DNA of 64,000 bases from Octopus vulgaris (lineage: Eukaryota): assembly GCA_951406725.2 (NCBI GenBank), contig OX597832.1:3534001-3598000 (forward strand), written 5' to 3'. The translations under genes and the position numbers were made by a program. Below, in pieces: positions 13,255 to 28,234 of the stretch. A model generated the notes under the pieces. The model had not been told where the DNA came from and searched no databases. It was given only the letters and a program-made list of their open reading frames with translations. Within the stretch, counting starts at the first letter, position 1, and each line of letters starts with the position of its first letter.

Positions 13255-16200
13255 CACGTGTGCGTGTGTGTATACACACTTAGAAAAGGATACAGAAATA
13301 AATATATATTGCCATATACAGAGTCACATGCAAAAGCAGGTACTTTTATATGCATTTATAAACAGATTCCTTTACATTTCTGCAAAATTGATATATGATC
13401 AAAATGAAATTATGATTTTTTATTTTCTATTGAAATCCCATCTTTATTAACAGGGTGTGAAAGGTAGAAGAGGTGTAAAGGGTAGCATTGGACCCAGAGG
13501 TGAAGATGGTAAAGCAGTAACAGGAGACCCTGGTGAACCGGTAAATATCTTGAAATTAATACTCTAATAACACATTGGTACAAATGCTTAGAATTTCTTT
13601 TAAAATTTCATTTTATTCTTATTTCTAAAAATTAAGAGAACAATATGTCATTATAGCTTTGAGCTGGCTACATTATTTATATAGCTTTGTTTTTAAATGA
13701 AGATGAGATTTACAAAAGAATGATTAGAATTATTCTCTGAGAAGGTCAAGATGACATAGAAAAGAAAGGAAAAATCAAATATTTTTTGTGTTGTAACAAT
13801 TTTCATTCTGTTTTGAGGATCTGAAATCCTAATTGGAGAGATCAAAAATGGAATTATGCATTGAGTACTAATAGCCAGAGTACAAAAGATGAATTGCTGA
13901 TTGTTGCTTGCTTATTATATATCTAACTGAATTTAGTGCTTCTAAAGAAGTAAGTTTAAAATAATGTAGATGGAGCTCAACAGTTACTGGTTTAAAGTGT
14001 AGATAAAATATAAAATATTTTTTATTTATAATAAGAAAATTTTTTTGGCAGAAAAGAAAATTCTTGATGGAATTATTATTGTTATAAAATATTATGCAAA
14101 ATACGATTTAATAATTACATTTATGTATTTGTTTTGCAAGACTCCTGATGTGAAATCATGTGTTGAAACAGATATTATTATATTTCAGGATGGTCATTCT
14201 TCTTTTTTGGTTTTTATTGCTAAATAGACACACGTACTATATATTCTTTCCTCACTTCAGACTTGTTTTATTATTGTTTTTATTTTATGTCCTTCATCTG
14301 GAAATCTTTCATCACTGTGTGTGTGTGTGCATGTGTATCATGTCTGTGTGTTGTGTATGTGTGTTGTGTATGTGTGTTTTGTATGTATATGGGTTCACTT
14401 ACTGTTTGTATCAGTGCCCTTTATTTAGTTTATTTTGTTTTTCTCTCTCCCTATTTTTCTTTCCATTTCGATTTAGGTGTGTGTGTCTCTTCTGTGTATA
14501 TAGGTTTATGTATTATATTGTTTGTATCTGTGTCTTATTTCCCATTATCTTTTTAGTCATCATGTTGTGTAGTGTAGTAGTAGTGGTGGTGGGGTGTTAT
14601 TGGTCCTTTTGTGTTTCTATTCAGACTCAGTTTCTCTATTACTATGTGTGTGGCCTCTGTAATCTGTCTAAGTGTTGTGTTTGTTATATGTGTTGACAAT
14701 ACCTTAACATTTATGTTATTAACCAAGCCTCTATGTTCTGAGCATGCTGGTAGAGTACTGGCAATCTTTTCTCTTCTTTGAATTCCTGCCAGTGTTTACC
14801 TACCCATATCCTCAATGTATGTTATTGTCTTATTTCTGCACTGTTCCTCAGTACATCGTATGCTATAGACTATATTCCTAATTTTACAGTTAACCTGTGG
14901 GTTCATCCCACAGGTTTACTGTAATTTGTCATTCATTTTATTTGTCTTTAAGATGAGGAATTATACTTTGTCATGGCTGTTAAATGTGCTTGGTAACTGC
15001 TTTAATTTTTACTATTCTTTTTTAAAGGGCCCAGATGGAGAACCTGGCCAGTATTTGGGTCAAGTAACAAAACCAAGTGAATACACTGGCCTTAAGGGAG
15101 ACAAAGGACCACGTGGATACCGCGGCGACCCTGGTATGCAAGGAATAAGTGGACAAAAGGTTAAAAACAAAATAATTATATATTTTATTACATAAAACAT
15201 GTTTTTGTTTAGGTTATAAATAACATTAGTTAGAATTTTACCGAAGAATCAAGACACAAATTTTTAGGTCAAAACAAAGAAATTTGTTACCAATGAAAAC
15301 TCGGTCTGAAGTTACTAATCGAATTATTGGTAGTACTTAAAAGTGTCTGTATCAACAGCAGCTAAAATAGGTAAGGAGGAACGTTTTGTTGGGATATGGA
15401 GAAGTCAAAATTAAATGATGACTGACAGCAAGAAGCTGACTCAGTATGAAAAGGATAGGTGTCTCACATGACAAGTAACTTGAGATTATAATAGTAACCA
15501 TGAGATGGTTGTTTCAAGGCAATGGACATTAAAAAGAAATCCATTACATTGAACACTTTTCTGGAAGACTTTCCTTGATGTAAATCAAAAGCTCCAACTG
15601 AAACTCAAAAGCAAGGAGTTGACTGGAATTGCCGAGAGTTGATTACTGCTTTATAAATCCATCTTGGGGCTACTTATTTTGGATTTAATAAATGAGGGAT
15701 TTATTAACTGAAGGAACAAATTCACCAATTGATTAAACATGTGTATTTATCAAACTATAGACATATGCAAATACATTATAAATAATGTCATTGTATGAAA
15801 AATTTGTCGAGTGTTGTTTGCTTTGCTGGACACTTTGTTCACAACTCTGTGTTGATTTTTTTCCTTAAGAGTTCTTAAAAGATTCATGTTACTGATATCA
15901 AAACTTTCAAGGCCACTTTCTAAGCAAGTGTGATAGTGCCTCATTTCAGCTGGTGTTGGAGGCTCTGGAACTCTTTCATCAACATCAATGTCGGAATTGT
16001 TATCTTCATCTCCATAGGTTTCCTTCTCAGATTGCTGAATGTCATGAATGATCTCGTCTAGTTTTTTTCTTCAGTGATGATCTCTGAGCAACAACAGCAC
16101 CATTGTCTATGGACAACCAGTTCTTGAATTGCTTTTTGGTCAATCCAGTTGGTGGTGAAGGCAGGATCAAATCTTCATTAATATCTATAGCTTCATTTGA

Positions 16201-19200
16201 TTCTTCAACTGAAACAAAACCAGCTTTGGTCCAACAATGTTTGATTGTCTGGCTAGAGATCTTCCAAGCTATGCTTAACATGTACATGTCATCTAAAATG
16301 GCGACCCACTTTGCAACTTCTTGGGAAAACATCTCACGTTCAGTGACTTCCATAACATTAATGATCTTGTGCATTTCATGTCTGAAGTGGACTTCCAAAG
16401 TCTTGATTATCCCTATGCCACAGGGTTGCAGCACTGATGTTGTGTTGGGAGGAAGAAATTTTAAAGTGATATTGTTGAGATCATCGATGACTACATGAGA
16501 AGAGCAATTGTCTAGTAGGACCACCATTTGTCTTCCATATTCCTGCAAATGATGATCCCAAGAGCCAACTTCCATAGATTTTTCTGTCATTCGAGCATTG
16601 GTTGAAAAGTCGTACTGAATTGGATGTGTTTTAACATTTTTGAAGCAGCTTGGAAAAAGCTTACCTTTTAGAACTGTAAAAGATTTTCAATGTCTTTTTT
16701 TGCCAATGGTAAAACCAACCTTTGGATGCCTTAAAATCGTGTCCAGCAGCTTGGGCAATGGTGTTGGCTTTGTGCATTAAGATCAGGCCATTGACGGGGA
16801 TGTTTCTTGAATGAATAAATTGAAACCAATCGTAGAGAGTATTGTCTATCTGTTGGTCCTTCTCATTGGTGTTTTCTCTTTGATGAACAGCTATCATGTT
16901 TTTTGGCACAGAAGTCATCCTCATTTCTTAGCAAATTCTGGAGCAGACCTCTTCAAATTCCCAAACTCTGCTGCTTCCTGCTGAGTTGTTTTCCCAAGAG
17001 CTTTGTAACATTCTAACAATTGAATCTTTTCTGCCATGAATTTGTCCTACCTCTCTCTTTTCATTTTGAGCATTTTGAACAACTTGTGTGTGTCTGCTCT
17101 CTGCGTGAATGATGAATGACATATTTTTTATACCGTTAAATACACAACCAATCAGCTGTCACGTGGTACACTCCATCATCCAATGAAACCAACAAGAAGG
17201 CTCATAATCTTGACAAGAGATGTCCTGGAGCCTACTTTTTTTGCTTGAATGACAGGGTTTGTGTGGTAGGCTCCAGCAACCACTGCCAGCTACTACATAT
17301 TTATTGATCTACTTTTGGATGATGGAGTGTACCAAGTGACAGCTAGCTGGCTGTGGCTGCTGGAACCTACCTATCAGTATTTAAGAGAGAAAAACAAAAC
17401 ACTTCATTCATTTGATAACACTCGTTGACACTTTAGGAAGAAACAATGACAATTGGATTTATAAAGTGATGGTCTGGATTTATTAAATAAAAGATTTTAT
17501 TTGTAAAAATTCCATCCCAACCCATTTTGGATACTTTAAGCGGGCAGATTTATTATCAGTGGATTATAAAGCAGGATCTACGGCATTAATAATAATAATT
17601 TCTGTTAATAAAATACCGAGTTAATTTAGTATATAAAGCAACATAGTCAATTGAATTGTCTCCATTGTTTTACTGGTATTTATTTTATTGACTATGAAGA
17701 TTTGGAGACTTGAAAACCAAACTCAGTCCAAACAGAATTTGAACTCTGCACTGTGACACACTGAACTTTGAATAAATTATGGAATACATTAGTTTACAGA
17801 ATGTATGTCCAGCTAATATTAATAGCAACAACAATATTTATGTGATTTTAAAAAGATGCTGCTTATACCAGTGAACACTTTTCAATAACCTTACATTGGT
17901 GATCATAAAACCATTGATAAAATTAACTGTTTATATTCGTGATATTCTAAAGTAATTTTCTAGTTATTTTGCATGATAAAATTTAGTTGTTAAAATTTCT
18001 TAACTAGCTGTATTAAGAAAGATGTCCAACTGTAAAAAAAAATTATATCAAATATATTTTCAAAATTATATTTTGTCAGCTTACTGATTAAACAATTATA
18101 GAATCAATGTTTAATTTTTTTTCTCTCAATTTGACTGACTTTGAATTTTGTAGAAGAAAAAAATTGTTACATTTTGATTTATATAATCTTTATTAGTAAT
18201 TGATTTTATTCATCAAAAATCCATTCTTTTCTTAATTGTCTCATGTTCTTACTTTCGGCAGGGTCTGGATAATTATCCTGGTCCCAAAGGTTTCCCAGGT
18301 GGTCAAGGCCCACCAGGAAGAAGGGTAAGCAAATTAATTTGATTTCTTTAATATCAATTAAAACTTCTAAAGAATCCTCTTGTCTTTTTTCTTTGGTTAT
18401 GGCTGTGAAATTGCCAAATATGAAGACGATTTCCTGCAGAATAGTTACCTTTGAACAAATTGCTACCTAATCTAAATGCTAAATACTTTAATTTTTACAT
18501 TCTTACAAAAGTGTAAATGTTATCAGTTTAAGAAACCTTTTAGATGTATTTCATAATTGGAAATACAAATTTGTTTCTCACTTTAATATCTAAAATAATA
18601 ACCTCTAAATTAGCTACAGTAAAACATTGAATTTAAAACATTTCAAATGAATAGAAATTAAACAATTTAATTATTGTTTTTAAGTCTAATAGACTGCACA
18701 GATCTTTGAATCCTTAATGAAAAATAGTATAGTAAATGCACAGGTAAATTTATAGCTTTAACGAGTCTTCTGTTTAATGCATTCCTTCAATATGTACTGA
18801 ATTCACATTTATTTAGGTACATCAAATATGAAGTATAAACATTCTAAAATATTTTTTACAGGGCAAACGAGGTAAAGAAGGAAGTCCAGGAGAAGCTGGT
18901 CCAAAAGGACTCACTGGAGATAAAGGTTATCCTGGTACTAAAGGACGTGATGGCTTTAAGGCAAGTGTTTCTTTCTATATTTATTAAACTAAGTGATCCT
19001 CTGAAATTCTTCACACTTTTAAGTGTGACAAAATTATTTAAACTTATGTATCAGTTAATATTAATCCATACATCTGAAGCTTTCTTGTTAAGAAAGTTTA
19101 TTAATACATTAAACATTTTCTATCTGCCTTTAAATATTTAAAAGCTAATATTTTGTCAACCTTTACAGGGAGAAAGAGGAGAAAGAGGTTACCGTGGACC

Positions 19201-20648
19201 TAAAGGCTTTGCTGGTGGGGCTGGTCGAAAAGGTGAAGTTGTAAGTACACCAAGCTCTGCTTGATTTATTTTAACTATGAAGATTTGGTAAAATTTCTTT
19301 TCTTATAATTCAAAAAGTTCACACATATATTTTTTTGCCTTTACATTTTTGTCTGTAATAGTTTTCATTGGGAATATTGTAATTAAACAAGTAAAAGGTA
19401 CATATATAAAAACCAACTGCTCATGCTGATTGCATTTCATTCAGCAAAGCCAATGTAAAAGTATTTGTAATATCACTTGAGATCTTCCCACCAAAAAAAA
19501 CCAAAAAAAAACCCCCTACTCTACTGATACTCTGTGGAAGAGATTACAGGCTTATATTTGATTGAGCTTATTGAACAATTATCCATCTAAACACCACCTT
19601 CAATTAACACTATTACAATGAGTCAACAGGGAAACCTCAGCATGATTAATCTGCTTGCTAAAAAAAAATTGAATCTCCCTCAAAGTACATTCTACTGTCT
19701 TAAAAAGAAGTTAAGATACATTAGATAATGTGTTGTTTGATTGTTGAAGTCATGGCTGGAATGCTTTTAATTATAGGTCTGTTTGATCAAAGTTGACCTA
19801 AGGTCAAATAACAATAATGGCAATAACAACATAACTATCATGATATACTAAGTGGGTGAGTGGGGTGCTCTTTGTAGTCACTTAACCAGCAAGAAATGGC
19901 AGCCAGCCCTCCCTTATATCACACAATTTTGTCTTAAAGGGTGGATACAATAGATGCATGATATTAATTAAAAAGGAATGCCCTCATTCATTAGTCTGAT
20001 TAATGTGAGCTGACCTTAGACATAACAACAACAGCCCATTTTCATAACAAACCATTCTCATTACAATGATGTTGAAAGTTAATGATTTTCACATTTCTGT
20101 GTGTAACAATTCAAATATATTTTCAAGCATTTTAATAATCCTTTATAATGTTGAGAAGTTTTTTCTTCTAAAAATTCATTCTGTAGGGGACAGGAGAAGT
20201 AATCATTGTGAAAGGAGTGCGTGGTCCTCTAGGTCCCCGTGGATATCATGGTCCACCTGGAAAGAGAGGTAAACAAGTTAATATATTCTACACACAATTC
20301 CTATTTCATTTTTTTTTACCATTTTCCCTCTAGTTATAAATATTTCTTCCACTTTTTTCATATACATATTTCAAATTACTTATTTTCTATAATCCTGTGA
20401 TAAATCTATCAATATGCAAAAGCTCTCTATACATCATCCAATTGCAGTGTAAACATGAGAAAATCTTGTACGAGTGGGGTGGGGGTGATGAAAAGTTCCT
20501 GGTTTTAAGGGTATTGTGAATGGTGTAGTTGGGGGGCCAACCTTCTGAGTTCTTTTACAAGGCCTAGGAAAACTTAAGGACCATTGCAAGAAGTATGTGA
20601 ATCTGAGAGAGGAATATGTTGAATAAAATCATAATTAAGTGATCCTCC

Positions 20649-20698
<50 letters not shown>

Positions 20699-21338
20699 TG
20701 TCGCCTTACTGGCACGTGAAAAAAACATTTGAGCGAGGTCGTTGCCAGTGCCACTAGACTGGCTCCTGTGCAGGTGGCATGTAAAATACACCATTTGAGC
20801 ATGGCTGTTGCCAGTACTGCCTGACTGGCCCCCGTGCTGGTGGCATGTAAAAGCACCCACAGCACTCTAAGAGTGGTTGGCATTAGGAAGAGCATCCAGC
20901 TGTTGAAACTCTGCCAGATCAGATTGGAGCCTGGTGCAGCCATCTGGGTCACCAGTCCTCAGTCAAATCATCCAACCCATGCCAGCATGGAAAGCGGACC
21001 TTAAACGATGATGATGATATATATACAGTGCATGTGTGTGTGTGTGTATGAAGATGACGGACTCTCCCATTATTAGACAACGTATGAGGGTTCGACAATT
21101 CTTTACTGAACAACCACACAGATGATTTGTTTATAGTGATCAAATGTTTGTGTAGACATAAGCTCACTCTGTCCATCAGATCAACATTACCTGTACAGCT
21201 GCAACTGGGTGTCACATGTCAGATGTCGAAATCACTGCAGAGCAACTTGAAATGAAGTGCTTTGCTCAAGAACACACACAATGTCTTGAATTGAACCCAT
21301 GATCTTGTAATCACCTTAACCACTAAGCCATGCGCCTT

Positions 21339-21401
<63 letters not shown>

Positions 21402-24400
21402 GCACTGGCATGTCTGTGATATGAAGTTTGCAACAACATGTTTCCAGGTTCAATCTCACTATGTGACACTCTGACCAAATATCTTCTACTATAGCTCTTT
21501 GTCAGTGAATTTGGTGAGATGACATGAACACCAGCAGTGAGCTACTAATACAACTCCAATTCACAGATGATATCATACTCTTGCCAAATGATAGATCAAC
21601 TGCAGACAATGCTGACACCCAAGGCATAGCTGTAGCCCTTAAAATAAACTACATGAAAACAAAATGGATGTGATCCATAGACATAGCACAAAGCTGAATA
21701 GAAATAGGAAGTGACCAAACTGAAGAAGTAAAGGAATGTGGCACACAATGCACTGATACATGGACTCTGAAATGTTGAGAATAAGGGCAGGATAAAAGGC
21801 ATTTGTTTACTTTGATAAAAGATGTGCTCAAAGCAAAGCTAGTTGAAGACCCTATGTGCTAGTCTTTTCAATAGCTATGTAGATTTTAAAGGACTTTATT
21901 GTAAAATTAAAAGCCATTTAGATCTCATAATCCATTTGATATTAAAGAACTCATGTAGCTTTTTTTTTACAAGTTTATTGAAAATCTAATAGAAAATATT
22001 TGTCAACACAACATTTTTTTAATATAAATAATTTATGTCCAAAAGTTGTGAGATATTTAAAATCTAAAACTTAGGTTTTATAATTTTATGAAATTTGTTC
22101 AAGTGCCTTAGGCTCACAACTATACTTGGTGAGTTTTTTTAAATGCTAACATTGTATTCTTATGATTGAATATCACTTCCAACCATAGAGTAGAGTGTGA
22201 TAAGAATATTCAAGACCGGCTATTTATGCAAAACTTTGTCATAGGCACAGGTGTAGCTGTATGGTAAGAAGTTTGTTTCTTAACCACATAGTTACATGAT
22301 TCAAGGTTCAGTCCTACTGCATGGCACTTTGGGAAAATGTCTTCTACTATAGCTTCAGGTTGACTAAAGCCTTGTGAGTTGATTTGGTAGATGGAAACTG
22401 GAAAAAAAACCATCATGTGACTGTGTGTGTGTTTTTTTTGTGTCTGTGTTGTCCTCTAGCATCTCTTGACAACCAGTGTTGTTCGGCAAAGGAGACTGAG
22501 AGAATAAGTATCATGCTTAGCAAAAAATAAAAATTAAATACTAGGTTAATTCACTCAAGTAAAATTCTTCCAAGTGGTGTCCCAGATGGTTAAAACGTAA
22601 ATGATAAAGCTTATTGAGAAAAGCATGCTAATAACAGAATATGCATTTAATCTTTTGGGGGAACTTTAATAAAGAATACCCTGGAAAATATTATCAATGC
22701 ATGGTATGAGGTAATAGCTAGCAATGTGGGAACTATTTTGGGAGATATAATCTTTCACTTTGCAAGTAATTTTGGTGGAATCAAGGATGAAGTTACAAAG
22801 ACTGTAACAGAAATCATTTAGTTTACATTAAGGAGTGACTAAAATAGAAGAGAATAAAGCCAGAGAATTGCATGATTTATATGTTGGGACATCAATGAAG
22901 AAAACCTTTGTAAATTTGAAGTAGCAATGAGGATGATGGTCAAGGTAGAAACAATGAAAGAATTTTCAATTAAAAAACTCAATGCTAATTTCAAAATGTT
23001 TTGAAGACAGAATGCAAAGAGTACTAAATACAGGTCAAAATAAATGTAGAAGGAACGATGTGAAGATGTTGCATAGTCATGCATAAAGAAAAGAAAACAG
23101 AAAGAAATAAAAAGAAACCAAACACCCTTTTCACATTATTTTTTTAAAAAGAAAATCATTTAATTTGATCTTTTTTTTCTTTTGCAGTTTCTAAATAAAA
23201 TATATATCAACTCATGAAGTATGTATTTACTGTATTTCTATTTTCCCACAACAGGTCCAACTGGAAACAGTGGTGAAATTGGTTTCCCAGGTATGCCTGG
23301 AGTTCCTGGACTACCTGGTCCTCCTGGTCTTGAAGGATTACATGGATTTTCCTTTAAGGGCGAGCGTGGTTTCCCAGGTAAATTTTCTTTTCACTACCTA
23401 GGATGTGGATAGCTACTTTCAATAATTCTGAGGACCCCAAAATATATAATAAACTATTTAAGCAAAATTTTACATAGAGATGTAATCTCATATGTTTACA
23501 ATATAATAATGGTGAAAATTACATTACTTCACTTTTGTTTTGAATATGTCTGTGATTATGTATAGATATTTTTTTCATTTCTGTTCGGTACACAGAATGG
23601 ATTATGGGGATATAGATTATCTAATACATTATCATATAGAGACAGCTAAATGCATATTTTATGAATGATTTGTTTAGAAAATACTCTTTCTAAAGTATTT
23701 TATAATTCATAAATATATCATTTATTTCATCATATATTTGATGAAATATTTCAGTAGGTAGAAATTGTTTGTTAAAAAGATAAAGGGCAATTTTTTTTTT
23801 AACATTAATGGAGATGACATAAAAGTAAGATTAATACTAAGAATATATGGCTGTAATCCTTTGAAACACAAATGGCTACAAAACAGGACAGTGATTTGGA
23901 ATACTATAAGAAGCTACCAGTGTTTTTGATTGAACATATGAATTTGATTAATCAAGACAAATACTAAATATGAACAATTACTTTTTCATGTGAATATTAA
24001 CTTCATGCATTTAACAGGACTTTTTATTTAGTCTAGTGTGTAGAAACGAAAATGTATTTTGGACTAGGATGTGCACTGAGACTGAATCTAAAATTTTTTG
24101 TTTAGAAAAAAAAGAAAAAAAAGATAAGAGACCTATAACTGAAAATGGTCATTATTTAATGCTTTCTAATGATAATTGCAAAATGTAGTTTAATAGAGTT
24201 TTCCAGTGAGCTGTTTTATAAAATTTAGAAATTGTATTCTTATTGAATATCCTTTGTATAAATAAAGATTGTTTTTTTATCAGTCATTCATAGTTCAGTT
24301 TTAATATGAAATGAGATAATTTAACTTTAAGTAAATGATAGCACTGCTGTAAGTAAAAGGTTGTAACCTCTCTTTATCTTGATCACCGCTCAAACACTAT

Positions 24401-27400
24401 CTGAAATTTCAAGTCTTTTATATTTATAACTTTGAACATTTCCCTTCTATGATCACACTTTCAAAACTTTTCTTTTTTATATGAAAATCAAATCAAATAA
24501 ATCAGATTTTACCATGGAATTTGAATCCCATACTGATGTTTAAATTATTTTCAAAAGACTGTGCTTAGGAAAATCTTACAATGTATTATAGTCATAGAAT
24601 ATTATCTTACAATGGCTTTTGTGTTTGATAGGTTTACCTGGTACTGATGGAGTCCCTGGTGGTCCTGGACTACGAGGAAGTGTTGGTTATGTTGGAGATA
24701 AAGGAGAAGTTGGAGATAGCTATCCAGGAAATCCAGGAGAGTCTGGTTCATCTGGAAGAGATGGATTAAATGGCCTTCCAGGTGCACCTGGTATTCGAGG
24801 AGATCTTGGTGATTTTGGACCACCTGGTGATGGATTTGGTCCCAAGATAGGAATAATTGGTCAAAAAGGTGTTTCTGGAGATTTTGGAGAAAGGGGTTCT
24901 CCTGGAAATCCTGGCTGGCCTGGAACATATGGTGGAAAAGGTAAGACTCATTTAAAATTTATTTATAAGAAGGCAAATATTGTAATTGTGTAGCAATATG
25001 TTTTTTTCATATTGTATATTTTACTGTATTGCTTGTTTATTTACTTTTTGCTTTTATATTTTCTGAATCGTAGGTGAACGTGGTGATGACTGTGAATTCT
25101 GCAGGTCTGGATATCCTGGAGTTAAGGGAGAAGTTGGTGTACCTGGAAGATCCGGTATGGCTTGATATTATCTTTAAAACTTTCCCTTTCAAAGTATAAA
25201 TGGAAATGAAATTGATTGCATGTATTCTGAGCTGATAAATGTTATTTATTAGGATACTGTTTAAGCAGTAAGTATTCAGAAAAAGAATCACTTTACAAAA
25301 ATAAAAAAAACTCAAATTTTTGTAACTACTACAAAAATATATAGTGGAGGAGAAAAACAAATATAATGCAAAGCAGAGCATAAAATCTCTGGAAACAAGA
25401 CTCATATATAATAATGCAAGAAGTGAAAATAGAATATAATTCATTGATGATAGTAGTTCAATACTAAAAAACAATTTTCTTCACAAATTTGCGTGTTCTT
25501 TTATGTTTTGTTTATTAGTAATTACACTGTTGTGGCCAATACATTTGCATCTTCTTTATTTCAGAATTTTGAGTTATACCTATAATGTAAATAGAAATTT
25601 AGTAAAGAATGACGTTATTCATTGGATGATAGGTTGTTGCTGTGTGGTTACATTGTGTACAGCACACTATATTTTTCAGTTAAATTAACAAATGACCTGA
25701 TTACATCAATTTGATATAATTATTTTAGAGATCAATAATGAGAATAGAAAGTTCTTTTTGACATCGAATTAATGTAGCAGAACTATGTTTATGATACTTT
25801 TATTGATAATAATATCATTGTTGACATTGTTATAATAATTCATACATGAATAGTTAAATGAATGGGGTATTTAAAATTATAATAATGTTTATTTATTGAG
25901 ACAAGTTCTGTCCTTAGGTCTGCAAGAAAATTATCTAATTATACAATTAGATCCAGCCATTTCTAGGCTGGTATGTTCTGGATATTATAGGAATGATTTA
26001 ATTTCCTTTCAAATAATCAAATATTTTCTCTTTTGCAGGTCGTCCTGGTTTTGATGGGCCTGATGGTCTTCCAGGAATAACAGGAGAGAAGGGATATTCT
26101 GGTATTCCTGGCTTACCTGGATCTCCTGGTACGAAGGTAAATATTTACAAATTTACCTGGTGAAATATTACAAATTATGGAATGTAATCATTATTTTCAG
26201 TTTTATTCAATATACTTACAAAAAACTGTTTTCAATTAAAAATACATGAAAAAATTTCTTTATTTCTATTATGATAGATTTGAGATTAAAAGAAATTTGT
26301 TGTTCTGTTCTTTAGTTCAAATATATTTCTGAGAGCCTTTCTTTTCTCATACTTAGGGTTCAAGAGGATTCCCAGGCCCACTAGGTTTACAAGGAAGAAA
26401 AGGAGAAAAAGGTGATTATGTCTATGTAAAAGGAAGTAAAGGTGCACCTGGTGATGTTGGAATTCCTGGAGCTTATGGCCAAAGTGGAAAATCTGGAGAT
26501 GTTGGCTTTAGAGGTCGATCAGGCCCTGCTGGATATCCAGGAGAAACGGTTATTACACTTTTATTTTGTTTTTCAAGAAGTATTACTAATATTATGAATA
26601 ATAAGTATGTAATGGGAAATTATGAGTAGTCATAAATGATAGAACACCAGAAGGAATGTCTTACAGCACTTAGTTTCATCCACTTATGATCAAGTCCTGG
26701 TTTTTACCTTTTATGTGTTTGGAGTTAATGGTTTAAGTATCATTAATATACTTTAATTTATTCTGTTAACTTCTGCTATGCTCAAATAATCTTACTTAGT
26801 CATAAGAAAATAATGAGATAATTCTCTCAATACTATTTCTTAAATCATACCCACATGTTCACAAATGTGTTAATTTAAGGCAACTTCCTAAATGTTTTTA
26901 TAGTTCCTCTCAGAATTTAAATTGCAAAGTAGATGCACTATTCAGTGTTATTCTTGAATTAAATTAGGTATTTGATATACAACTTAATTTATGAATGACT
27001 CTAAACAGAGTGTATTTACTCCTCAATGTAACATTTATTATGAAGTTTAAAAGCATTTAAGTTGTTGCTTTCAGCTCACATTTGATCTGGATATGTATTT
27101 AATATATCACCTGATTCAATCATTGCTCCTACATCTTTATTTTATTATTTTTGCTTCTAACAAGCTATATTTCCTAATTTTTAATATTTTTCATGTGAAA
27201 TATTTTAAACATTTTTTTTATTTGATCTAAATACTTAACTCAGTGTAGGTTTAATCATTTTATAGAGCAATAAAATAATAATAGAGAGAATAAAAGATTT
27301 TTTGATTCTACCAGTTTAAAACATTGAAACGAAGTCCCAAATTGAGCCTTTTTCTCCCAAGGCATGCAATACCTTATTTTCTCTAAAAATGTAATTGAAT

Positions 27401-28071
27401 TACCTAATTTACTTCATTTATATACAGTAAGTCTTACAGTTGTTCTAAACTCAGCTAGTCTTCTTTGATTCTTTTTTAAAAGATTTTATAAAATAAAAGA
27501 TGTTTGAAGAATTGATGAGATATTCCAAGTAAAAGATTTCTTCAGATTAAACTAAAAGTTGAGAACAATATGGTAGCATAAAAACAGATTTTATCAGTAT
27601 TTTTCATATCTTTTACATTTTTTACCTTACTTAATATGTTTAAACCCTCAGTTGGTATATGGTTTGATTTTATAAATTTACCTTCATGTTCATGTCTGAA
27701 ATAAAAATCTGTTGTAATTGTGGAACAATTTCTCTAACTATTTTGCAATTTACATTTATCTGTAGTTTGCTTCTAACATGTGACTTTGATTCTTTTTGTC
27801 TGTTCATTTCAAAAGTTACTTTAATAAACTTAAAATGATAAAAGACAGTCTACTTTGTGCTGGTTACTTAAACTGTTGCAACAAAATTTTATCTTATGAT
27901 TAGGGAGTCCCTGGACGTATTGGAATTGATGGTCTGGATGGTCTACCAGGTTCGCCTGGTCTGCCTGGTTTAGATGGTCTTCCTGGAGAGTCTTATGGTG
28001 GTTTGCCTGGTGATAAAGGAGAACGTGGTTTGCCAGGTTTTCCTGCCTTTGGCATTGCTGGACAAAAAGGT

Positions 28072-28103
<32 letters not shown>

Positions 28104-28192
28104 AGGTGCTGGCATGAGTTGAATGGTTCAATGCAGTGAGCTCATAGTTGAGTGCCTGAGTAACACCTTATAGCTTCATTGCAATACTTAAG

Positions 28193-28234
<42 letters not shown>

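Noticed and set aside
24602-24951. Antisense and off-frame ORFs over collagen exons (also 45646, 52905, 56282, 61217)
   Set aside because: Shadows of Gly-X-Y codon periodicity
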